64,000 nt of DNA, from contig CAVTBV010000013.1 in assembly GCA_963733095.1 (NCBI GenBank), positions 224,001 to 288,000 on the forward strand. The letters are read 5' to 3'. A model generated the notes under the pieces. The model was not told the DNA's origin. It saw nothing but the letters and a program-made list of their open reading frames with translations, and did not search any database. This DNA is from Candidatus Bathyarchaeota archaeon. GTDB lineage: Archaea; Thermoproteota; Bathyarchaeia; Bathyarchaeales; Bathycorpusculaceae. Made by a program: the position numbers and the translations under genes. Shown piece after piece: positions 38,386 through 46,908 of this stretch (within the stretch, counting starts at the first letter, position 1; the number at the start of each line of letters is the position of its first letter).

Positions 38386-39021
38386 TTAATCTATGAGTAA
38401 GATTGCAAAGGATTCAGGGTTCTTCGCAAACGGAAACGTAACCTCAATTCCGGCGTTAGCAGCTGTTTTCTTCACGTTAACTCCAACCGCATCCTCCGAC
38501 CAACGCGCAAGATTGGGGTGGACACAGATCTTTGTTTCCGTGCTGCATTTTTCGCAGAGTTGGCAGTGCCCAGAAACAAACGATATTGCTAAGCTGTAGC
38601 CTTTGTTCATCGCAGCTTTTTCCAAATCCACAACCGATTGGAGCATGTTGCGTTTGTCATCTTTCCAATCCTGCCAGAACTTGGCTGCTTTCTCCTTGAT
38701 TTCTTTAGAAACGGTTGGATCATTTTCCGCAACCATAAGCTTCGAGAGCACCTCAGGTTCAGCCTGCGCATTCGAAGTATACTTCATAAACATGGCGTAG
38801 CTGTATTCAGATACGATTTTTCGGAATTGCTCAGCCGACGGCGTGTAGGGTGGGCAGGCGAGGGTTTTGCCATAGTGGTTGCAGCCGACCTTGCATTTGA
38901 GCACCACGCGGTCTTCGACGACGACTTTGCTGGTGGGGATAATTTTGGCGTCGGCAGCCCCATTTTCGAGGGCCAATTTGACGAGGAACTGGAATTTTTC
39001 TGCGCCCCTATCAGTAGACAT
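38386..39021 (-). CDS. DUF2284 metal-binding protein
   Basis: RVVLKCKVGCNHYGKTLACPP, GHCQLCEKC, CVHPNLARWSEDAVGVNV. Confidence 0.88.
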   Translation of the reverse strand: MSTDRGAEKFQFLVKLALENGAADAKIIPTSKVVVEDRVVLKCKVGCNHYGKTLACPPYTPSAEQFRKIVSEYSYAMFMKYTSNAQAEPEVLSKLMVAENDPTVSKEIKEKAAKFWQDWKDDKRNMLQSVVDLEKAAMNKGYSLAISFVSGHCQLCEKCSTETKICVHPNLARWSEDAVGVNVKKTAANAGIEVTFPFAKNPESFAILLID

Positions 39022-39372
39022 ACATATATCACTTACCTTTCAGCCTGATACCTTCTTTTGATATAAACATTTAAGGTGAACCCTAAAAAAACCACAATGC
39101 GTTCACTGTTGCAGAAACTGGGAAGATGAACTCGAGATGCCAAGAATTTATAACTCACAATTACCAACCTATTTGGTGTCAATAGGAGATCCTTACGGTT
39201 CTATGCGGAAACTATGATCGGGGTCGAGAACCCTAAAAGAGGTAGGTATCAACTCAAAAAAACTCATCAGCGTTAGAAGTTAAATTTAATTAGCAATGTG
39301 TTTTCTTACTCAAATAAAATATTTAATATCGACAAAATGGCGAAAAAAACAGCATAAAACAAAAAGTTTCTA

Positions 39373-39546
39373 TTATCTTATGGCTTCGTCTATACTTGAG
39401 TGACGTTTGGTTCTTGTGACTTCTTTGAATAGTTCAAGGCATTCATCTTTAGTTGGTGCTTCTACACCTATGCTGCCATAAGCGCCTATGTCTATTCGGT
39501 AGTTTTTTCTTTCTCTATTTTCTAATCTCTCTTCTTGACTACTCAT
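39373..39546 (-). CDS. Small hypothetical protein (57 aa), missed by the ORF track
   Basis: GAGG SD then MSSQEERLENRERKNYRIDIGAYGSIGVEAPTKDECLELFKEVTRTKRHSSIDEAIR*; TATA-like CTTATAAA upstream. Confidence 0.6.
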   Translation of the reverse strand: MSSQEERLENRERKNYRIDIGAYGSIGVEAPTKDECLELFKEVTRTKRHSSIDEAIR

Positions 39547-39744
39547 GTTGATTTTTCCTCTCTCTTCCAGTCCAGGAGCTTTGGCTAAGGGACATAGACT
39601 GCTAACAGCGGTGTTTTTTATAAGGTTACTGAGGGTTTAGCGGTAGGTCTATTATCGGGTTTATTCAGTCGGTGTCATATTTTTTCGAATTCGAATAATT
39701 AGCTGTGTTGAGGAATCTTTTTAGAAACTTGACTTGAAAATAAA

Positions 39745-40011
39745 CTAGATATCGCTGTTTTGCGGGGTTGCGGGATCTTTGGACCTGTAAACTATAATTC
39801 TGTTCTCATCTTCTTGCATTGCTAAATTATGTTTTTTTGCAAGGGCTCTTAATTTTTCTCGGTCTGGCTCGTAGATGGTGCCTTTAATGTATACTCGATA
39901 GCCTTCAGATTGGGTGTCTTTGTAGTTTTCAAAACAGACCGATGTTGGGGATAGTTCTTCGCATTGGCTTAAGACTTCTTTGAGGTAGTTAACTGCCTCA
40001 GTTCTATTCAT
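39745..40011 (-). CDS. Small hypothetical protein, paralog of 101..319
   Basis: MNRTEAVNYLKE...GYRVYIKG...KHNLAMQEDENRIIVYR; TTTTATAT promoter upstream. Confidence 0.75.
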   Translation of the reverse strand: MNRTEAVNYLKEVLSQCEELSPTSVCFENYKDTQSEGYRVYIKGTIYEPDREKLRALAKKHNLAMQEDENRIIVYRSKDPATPQNSDI

Positions 40012-40254
40012 TGGCATCCCCAAGTAGGTTTCTTACCTTTTGCTATATAAAAGCTTGCAATAATACTGTATTTTAGATAAACCTGCATCATGTATATTTT
40101 TTACTACCCTGATTGTTAAATATATGTCGAAGTCTCAGTCTTGAACTACATATTTGATGTAACCAAACTTCTCAAAAGAGGCTGTTTACCGAAGGTTGTA
40201 GCATCAAGCTGCAACCACAACGCCTTATATTTTTCGGCGAGTTACCTGTAAGTA

Positions 40255-40405
40255 GGAATGCAAGGGATAGCCAACAAAAGTTGAGCGGATCCGGCTGTTG
40301 ACATGGAGAAGGCTTCTGCCCAATTCCCTTTTGGGCCTTATCCGGTTAACGCATGGCTTGGTCCGCTTAACTCTCCTTTTGGGCTAAAATCAAGCCGACA
40401 TTTTT
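40255..40405 (+). ncRNA. Candidate structured non-coding RNA (unknown family)
   Basis: TATA CTTATATT at 40224-31; nested helices with G-U pairs on the plus strand; U-tract at 40401-05; trpS has its own promoter at ~40441-52. Confidence 0.6.
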
Positions 40406-40481
40406 CCTTAATTTTCTAGAATAGTATTTTTTGAGTGTGAAAAAGCATATATCATCAAACGCAAACCTCTTTGTTAAAGGC

Positions 40482-41633
40482 TTGGTGAACACGACGGCAT
40501 CCGCTGAAGAAAACAACAATGAAATGGTAGTTACGCCTTGGGAAGTTAAGGGCAAAGTTGACTATGAACGTCTCATAAAAGAATTCGGCACCCAACCCCT
40601 AACGCCCCAGTTGCTTGAACGAGTGGAGGAACACACTAACAAACTGCACCTGCAACTTGAACGCAAGATTTTCTTTAGCCATCGAGACCTTGACACAGTG
40701 CTTGACCTTTACGACAAGGGCACAAAATTCGTCTTGTATACAGGCAGAGGACCAAGCGGACCTGTCCACATCGGACACCTCGTTCCCTGGATTTTTACTC
40801 TCCACATCCAACAAAAATTTAAAACCCGGCTTTACTTCCAAATCACAGACGACGAAAAATACCTAATCAGCGACAACACAAACCTTGAAAAAACGGCAAA
40901 GTGGAGCTACGAAAATGCCCTGGACCTGGTCGCGCTGGGGTTCAAGCCGGAAGACACATTCATTATCTACGACACAAAAGATATCGACCTTCTCTATCCC
41001 ATCACATTGGAAGTAGCCAAACATATAACTTATAGCACAGCACGCAGTAGCTTTGGCTTCCAAGATAGCACTAACATCGGCTGGGTCTACTGGCCCGCCA
41101 TCCAAGCTGCACCCTGCTTCATACACAAAAAACTTACAGGTGAAAATGTCCCGGCCCTAATCCCGGCGGCCATTGATCAAGACCCCTACTGGCGAGTAAC
41201 TAGAGATGTAGCTCAAAAACTCGGCTACTACAAACCAGCTCAGATTCACTGTCGTTTCCTCCCCGGACTTGGTGCAGGAGGAAAAATGAGTGCCTCTCAA
41301 CCTGAAACAAGTATATTTACAACCGACCAACCCGATGTGGTCAAGAAGAAAATTTGGAATGCCTTCACAGGCGGCAAAGGCACGGCAGCAGAGCAACGTA
41401 AAGAAGGCGCGAATCCAACTATATGCAGCATATTTCAATACTACTTTTTCCTATTCGAAGAAGACAACCAAAAACTTGCTGAACGTGAACGCCGATGCCG
41501 CGGAGGAGAAATGTTGTGCGGCGAATGCAAAAAAGACATAGCGGAAAAACTCAATGTGTTCCTTCAAGAGCATCAGAAACGAAGGGAAGAAGCAAAAGGC
41601 ACCCTTGAACAATATCATATAAAGCGTGAATGA
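40482..41633 (+). CDS. trpS: Tryptophan--tRNA ligase (archaeal/eukaryotic type)
   Basis: VTPWEV, YTGRGPS..HIGH, QITDDEK, IDQDPYWR, KMSAS, CGECK; track start 40431 lies upstream of the TATA box. Confidence 0.97.
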   Translation: MVNTTASAEENNNEMVVTPWEVKGKVDYERLIKEFGTQPLTPQLLERVEEHTNKLHLQLERKIFFSHRDLDTVLDLYDKGTKFVLYTGRGPSGPVHIGHLVPWIFTLHIQQKFKTRLYFQITDDEKYLISDNTNLEKTAKWSYENALDLVALGFKPEDTFIIYDTKDIDLLYPITLEVAKHITYSTARSSFGFQDSTNIGWVYWPAIQAAPCFIHKKLTGENVPALIPAAIDQDPYWRVTRDVAQKLGYYKPAQIHCRFLPGLGAGGKMSASQPETSIFTTDQPDVVKKKIWNAFTGGKGTAAEQRKEGANPTICSIFQYYFFLFEEDNQKLAERERRCRGGEMLCGECKKDIAEKLNVFLQEHQKRREEAKGTLEQYHIKRE

Positions 41634-41751
41634 GTAATTAGTTTTAGCACTAAACTCAGCCAGAGAAACTTTTTCTGATCCGGAATTTATGCCCAACTAA
41701 GTTGCCAAATGCCTAAGTTTGTTGAGGTGTGGAACCTAAACCGGTTGAGGG

Positions 41752-41943
41752 CTACTTTTTTTTAAGCCACTCTTTGACTTCACGGTTGATTAATTCAAGG
41801 AAAGCAGCATCATTTTCTAACTTAAGGAAAGCGGCTCTATCTACGCCTTCAGGCATCGGTATTTTGATTGTCAAGTAGGGGTTTATTGTCTTTTCTATTT
41901 TTGATTGAACTTTTTCATATTTTTCAGGCGGCTTCTCACTCAT
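41752..41943 (-). CDS. Small hypothetical protein, last gene of the permease operon
   Basis: 63 aa; ATGA overlap with the permease stop. Confidence 0.65.
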   Translation of the reverse strand: MSEKPPEKYEKVQSKIEKTINPYLTIKIPMPEGVDRAAFLKLENDAAFLELINREVKEWLKKK

Positions 41944-43232
41944 GATAAAATCACCGATAAAACCGCAACATACACGGTTGCAATAATTAACAGCAATACG
42001 GCGAATGGAGCAACTTTATGAAGCCATTCCGACCAGCTTATGGTTTTTCCCTGCTTTTTAAGTATACCCAGCCCTATTATGTTTGACGCAGACCCAATGG
42101 GCGTCAAGTTTCCACCCAAGTTGGCACCAAAAACAATAGCCCAGCCTAATACACGCAACGAATAACCGGTCAGGGCGGAAACCTGTTGCATCACTGGTAT
42201 GAGTGTCAAAGTCATTGGAATGTTGTCAATAACCGCAGATGGCACTCCACTTACCCAGACGTTAAGTACTGGAGTAAGATGTGGGTTAAGGCTTGAAATA
42301 CTCACTATACCATTAGCAAATGCAGAAATCACGCCGCTGGCTTGTAGCCCACCGACTACCACATAGAAAGATGTCAAGAAAAAAACTGTGCCCCAATCAA
42401 TCCCTGAAAAAATAGCTTCAGGCTCCTGCCCACCAACCACAAGGATAGTTATGGCTCCCCCCATTGCTATTAGACCAATCGGAACGTTGAGGTAGCCTTC
42501 AAAAATAAAAAGGACTATAACGACCACAAAGACGGCTGCCGCCCGAAAGAAAAGACTCCTGCTCTCAACCACTGACCAAGGATTGACATCGATTTCCATG
42601 GGGCGTTCTCCACTGAACTCTTTTTTTGTCCAACGAAAAATAAAAGCCATTGAAACCACCGTCAAAATCAAAGTCAAGGGCAAACTTATCGCCAGAAAAT
42701 CTGTAAAGTTAATCTTGAGTTGAGCAGCTAAGATCAAATTGGGGATGGAACTGATGAGAAGAGCCAATCCGCCGACATTAGTCATTAAAATTTCATAAAT
42801 GATTACGTTGGTGGGGTCGAAACGAAATTTCTTTGCCAACGAAATCGTTAACGCTCCAATAATAATTATTGTCGTGATATTGGATAAGATGGCGCTAAAC
42901 AGGACAGTTAAAAGGATAAACACAAGGGAAATTCTGCGGAATCCACCGCCTACAGTTTGGGCTAGTTTTAACCCGATGAATTCAAAGAATCCTGAGCGGG
43001 TAACCGCTTCAACAAGAATCATGATGCCGACGACCAGAAGCACCGTGTTTACGTCTATGAAGCCGATTATGCTGTTTAGAATGTTTGGTCCTGTGAAAAG
43101 GTTGTATTCAATTGCAAAAAGAACCGTAAGGAGCGCTCCGAGCAAAGCAGCTACGCTTCGATGACGGCGACCTGTGACTAGAATTATGAGAATAAGTGCG
43201 AAAAGCAGGGCAAAAATTATGGTCGTGTTCAT
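41940..43232 (-). CDS. ArsB/NhaD/SLC13-type ion permease
   Basis: About 12 TM helices, SAILSNITT, NVGG...SIPNLI, IDWGTVFF, SAVIDNIP, GANLGGNLTPIGSASN. Confidence 0.9.
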   Translation of the reverse strand: MNTTIIFALLFALILIILVTGRRHRSVAALLGALLTVLFAIEYNLFTGPNILNSIIGFIDVNTVLLVVGIMILVEAVTRSGFFEFIGLKLAQTVGGGFRRISLVFILLTVLFSAILSNITTIIIIGALTISLAKKFRFDPTNVIIYEILMTNVGGLALLISSIPNLILAAQLKINFTDFLAISLPLTLILTVVSMAFIFRWTKKEFSGERPMEIDVNPWSVVESRSLFFRAAAVFVVVIVLFIFEGYLNVPIGLIAMGGAITILVVGGQEPEAIFSGIDWGTVFFLTSFYVVVGGLQASGVISAFANGIVSISSLNPHLTPVLNVWVSGVPSAVIDNIPMTLTLIPVMQQVSALTGYSLRVLGWAIVFGANLGGNLTPIGSASNIIGLGILKKQGKTISWSEWLHKVAPFAVLLLIIATVYVAVLSVILS

Positions 43233-43774
43233 GGTATTGGCTCTTCAGCTTTCTTTGTGTGGTGGCTGGTTCTGAACTGCTTGGTTTCAAGGATTAACTT
43301 TTCAATTTCCTTTTTTAAAAGACCATAGATTTGGTTAGCAATATGATAAACCATGAACAGCCCGACCGCTAAGAGTATGATGTTAACGACTTTTGCACCC
43401 GATGCACCGAGACCTTGAATGGAAACTACAACGGGCGTCAGAAGGAATGAGGCTAAGACCAGCGAAATCAAGACCGCAACATCGTAAGTGATGTGTTGAA
43501 GGTTTCCTTGGTCTTTTTGACCAAACCGCTTTGAGGATAGGTCCAAGAAATATTTTACGTCAACAAGAATGAAATAGCCAAAATAAACAACAAACAAGAG
43601 AATGATGATGTTTAAAATTAAGGTTGACTGAATAAGGTCTCCCACTGTAAAATTAATAAGAGCCACAAGCTCGGGGCTAAGTAGGTTGAAGAAAACCAGT
43701 AAGAAACCGAGTGTTAACCCGTTTTTGATTAAACGAAAAATTCTCTTTCTAACGTCGCTGACCTCATCGCTCAT
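43229..43774 (-). CDS. Hypothetical 4-TM membrane protein
   Basis: Hydrophobic helices; ATGA overlap with the permease start; internal ATG (MSDEVS) behind GGGG. Confidence 0.7.
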   Translation of the reverse strand: MSDEVSDVRKRIFRLIKNGLTLGFLLVFFNLLSPELVALINFTVGDLIQSTLILNIIILLFVVYFGYFILVDVKYFLDLSSKRFGQKDQGNLQHITYDVAVLISLVLASFLLTPVVVSIQGLGASGAKVVNIILLAVGLFMVYHIANQIYGLLKKEIEKLILETKQFRTSHHTKKAEEPIP

Positions 43775-43912
43775 GTCAACAACCCCTAAAAAATCTCGCA
43801 CTTCGAGGTTAATAAACATGAAATGGTGAAACTCAAATGCATTAAACGTTGCAAACCTTCACATGAGGGTTCAAGGAAAAAAAGTTTTTGGATTTAACTT
43901 TTAGAAATATAA

Positions 43913-44466
43913 TTAAAGCATATCTGTTCTCCCATGAATGAAGCGTTTGTAATGCTTATTCTTGCTTTTTACTTCTCTATTCTTAAAAGCAAAAGTTGAA
44001 ATTGCCTCCCACAGAAAAACCCATCCGATTATAGTGACACCTTCCAAGGCTGTGCCTGCAATTATATCCTGACCCGCAAGATTCCTCAAAGAATAGGCGG
44101 CTAAGAGAAGAATAAATGCTATTCCTACATAGAAAACACTTTTGATAAGATTCACTATTCTGACGTTTAAATTGTCTTTGAACAAAAAAACGTTTTCAAC
44201 CCAAAGGTTATTCGTTCTTCTCTTTTCAAATCTTGGCTTTCATCTAGGACGTTAAACTGAAGAATGATGCTATACTTGAAGGGCATATCTGAGGAAGAAT
44301 CTTCAAGGTAAACCCTAAGCTCATGATTAAGGTCTCTGCTTTTGAAAGGGGCAGGTTTAATTCATTAAAAATATCAATGTATTTTTCTATAGCGACAGCT
44401 ATGATAAAGCTGTTGTGGAGGGGTCTTTTTCATAGATTTTTCCAGCGCGGCATAGTTTCGCTTCAT
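43913..44466 (-). pseudogene. Degraded gene for a 2-TM membrane protein (several frameshifts)
   Basis: Fragments in different frames join to MKRNYAALEK/IYEKDPST/SFIIAVAIEKYIDIFNEL/PAPFKSRDLNHELRVYLEDSSSDMP...GLKTFF/...EGVTIIGWVFLWEAIS. Confidence 0.65.
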
Positions 44467-44730
44467 GATTTAATTCTAGGTGGAGAAGATATTTATTCAT
44501 ATGTTCAAGAGGCTAACACTATAATTATAAAAGCTATAATGATGCTCTGCTTTCAAAAGCTTGGTTAGATAGCCTAAAAAGTATTGGATAAGCTTACTTC
44601 GGTGATATTAAACTATAAATAATCAAGAAAGATTATAGACTCATGAAAATCAAGCTTAGGCCAACAAGCTTAAAATTTTTAGCACCCAAAAAACCAATAT
44701 TTGACCTACTAAATGCATGGAGCCCTCTGA

Positions 44731-46908
44731 ATGGATATTCCGGAAGAAGCAATCATACAGCTTGTTCCTAAAAGGATTGGAAGACTAGCTGAGCTTGCAA
44801 ATAACCTCTGGTGGAGCTGGGACGAAGAGGGACGACAAGTTTTTCGCTCACTTGATTATGAACTTTGGAGAGCAAGCGGACATAACCCCGTCAAACAACT
44901 CCGCGATATTGACCCACTTAAACTTGCGGAAGCAGCAAAAGATCCTTCCTTTCTCGAACTTTATGACTCAGTGATTTCAAAATTTGATAATTACATGGTA
45001 AGCAAGAAGGATTGGTGCGGAAAAAAAGTTCCAACTGATTTTGATGGTCAAATCGCTTATTTTTCAGCTGAATACGCCATCCACAATTCTCTTCCCATCT
45101 ACGCAGGCGGATTAGGGGTTTTGGCGGGCGATATTTGCAAACAATCCTCAGACAGCGGATTACCTCTGGTTGCGGTAGGGTTCATGTATCCCCAAGGATA
45201 TTTCCGCCAACACGTCTCCGCTGATGGGTGGCAAGAAGAAGCCTACACCCAACTAGATTTCAGCGAAGCACCAATTTCCCCCTGTGCCTGGCCCCAAGGA
45301 TGCGGCCCATACATCTCTGTTCCGCTTGGAGACCGCGAAATATTCCTTCAAGTTTGGCAAGTCCGCGTGGGGCGAGTAAATCTGTATTTGCTTGACACAA
45401 ACATCAGCGATAACCGAGCCGAAGATAGAGGACTCTCAGCAAGACTTTATACGGCTAACCAAGAGGACCGGCTAAGGCAGCTTATAGTGTTAGGCATAGG
45501 TGGAGTACGGGCACTTCGAGAGTTGCATATTAAACCGGTTGTTTGGCATGCCAACGAAGACCACACAGCGTTTATGATGCTTGAACGTCTCAGAGAAGAA
45601 CGTGCCAAAGGAACCCCAATAGACGATGCCATAGAAAAGGTACGGAAAAGCACGGTTTTCACAACCCACACCCCAGTTGCAGCAGGACAACATATTTTTC
45701 CTTATCAACTGATGGATTATTACTCACGCAACTTTTGGGAGCCCCTTGGAATTGACCGTCAGAGCTTTTTGAACCTTGGAAAGTATGAAGGGTTAGGTGC
45801 AGAAAAATTTAGTCTCACAGCTTTTGCACTTCGGTTAGCAGGCCAATCCAACGCTGTGAGCAAACTACATGGTACGGTAGCCCGCAAAATGTGGAGTCCA
45901 CTCTATCCAGGAAAGCCTGTGGATGATATTCCGATTTTAAGTATAACTAATGGTGTTCATTCGCCGAGTTGGCGAGCTGTAGAAATTTCGGAGCTTTTCG
46001 AAAAACAACTTGAAGGCGAACTTTTGTCTCACGAGTATGAAGAACCGTTCTGGAAAAATGTCAATGCCATACCCGATGAGGTGTTCTGGTCTGTGCATCA
46101 ACTTATGAAGAGTCGGCTTATCCGCGCCATCCAAGACCGAGCTCAACTGCGTTTGGTCAGGGATGGCATTTCCACCCAGCAAGTGCTTGCAATGGGTGCC
46201 TTACTTGACCCTTACGCTTTAACCATCGCGTTTACCCGTCGATTTACCCAGTACAAGCGACCCCAACTGATTCTAAGCGACAGCGAACGCCTTAAAAAAT
46301 TAGTCACGGATCCGCTGCGGCCTGTACAGATTATTTTCGGTGGTAAATCTCATCCTGCTGATTACGCCTCAAAAGAGCTCCTCAAGAGTGTTTACAACGT
46401 GGCTTTGGATAAGCGGTTTCAGGGGCGAGTTGTCTTTGTGGAAGACTATGACATGAGCCTTGCCCGAGAATTAGTTAGGGGCGTTGATGTTTGGCTAAAC
46501 AATCCTAGGCGTTTGCAGGAAGCCTGTGGAACCAGCGGTATGAAAGCTTCCATGAATGGGGTTATTAACCTGAGTATACGTGATGGATGGTGGGATGAAG
46601 CTTACAACGGTATTAACGGGTGGGCAATTGACACCTTTAAGGGAGGAAGTCCCGAAGATGAAGACCGAGCAGATGCTGAAGCACTATATAGTCTGCTGGA
46701 AAACAATATAGTGCCCCTCTATTACGATCGCGACCGAAAAGGAATCCCCCACAACTGGATTCAAGTCGCCAAAGAAGCCATCAAAACCATTAACCCAGTC
46801 TTTAACGCCTGCCGAATGATGAAAGAATACGTCGAGCGCATGTATATGCCTGTTGTCTTTCCCCAAGAATCTAAAGATAATCCCTTAACAGTAAAGGAGA
46901 AAGTATAA
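44731..46908 (+). CDS. glgP: Alpha-glucan phosphorylase (long form with N-terminal DUF3417-type region)
   Basis: LAELANNLWWSW, AYFSAEY, YAGGLGVLAGD, TTHTPV, ITNGVH, RRFTQYKR, GKSHP, EACGTSGMK, DGWWDE. Confidence 0.95.
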   Translation: MDIPEEAIIQLVPKRIGRLAELANNLWWSWDEEGRQVFRSLDYELWRASGHNPVKQLRDIDPLKLAEAAKDPSFLELYDSVISKFDNYMVSKKDWCGKKVPTDFDGQIAYFSAEYAIHNSLPIYAGGLGVLAGDICKQSSDSGLPLVAVGFMYPQGYFRQHVSADGWQEEAYTQLDFSEAPISPCAWPQGCGPYISVPLGDREIFLQVWQVRVGRVNLYLLDTNISDNRAEDRGLSARLYTANQEDRLRQLIVLGIGGVRALRELHIKPVVWHANEDHTAFMMLERLREERAKGTPIDDAIEKVRKSTVFTTHTPVAAGQHIFPYQLMDYYSRNFWEPLGIDRQSFLNLGKYEGLGAEKFSLTAFALRLAGQSNAVSKLHGTVARKMWSPLYPGKPVDDIPILSITNGVHSPSWRAVEISELFEKQLEGELLSHEYEEPFWKNVNAIPDEVFWSVHQLMKSRLIRAIQDRAQLRLVRDGISTQQVLAMGALLDPYALTIAFTRRFTQYKRPQLILSDSERLKKLVTDPLRPVQIIFGGKSHPADYASKELLKSVYNVALDKRFQGRVVFVEDYDMSLARELVRGVDVWLNNPRRLQEACGTSGMKASMNGVINLSIRDGWWDEAYNGINGWAIDTFKGGSPEDEDRADAEALYSLLENNIVPLYYDRDRKGIPHNWIQVAKEAIKTINPVFNACRMMKEYVERMYMPVVFPQESKDNPLTVKEKV

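Noticed and set aside
40305-40343. GGA-GAA-GGC helix as an archaeal SECIS
   Set aside because: GAA is mostly paired rather than in a GAA/A loop, and no neighbouring gene has an in-frame UGA
40255-40430. T-box or Trp attenuator upstream of trpS
   Set aside because: No T-box GGTGGNACC motif, no Trp-rich leader peptide, and trpS has its own TATA box downstream
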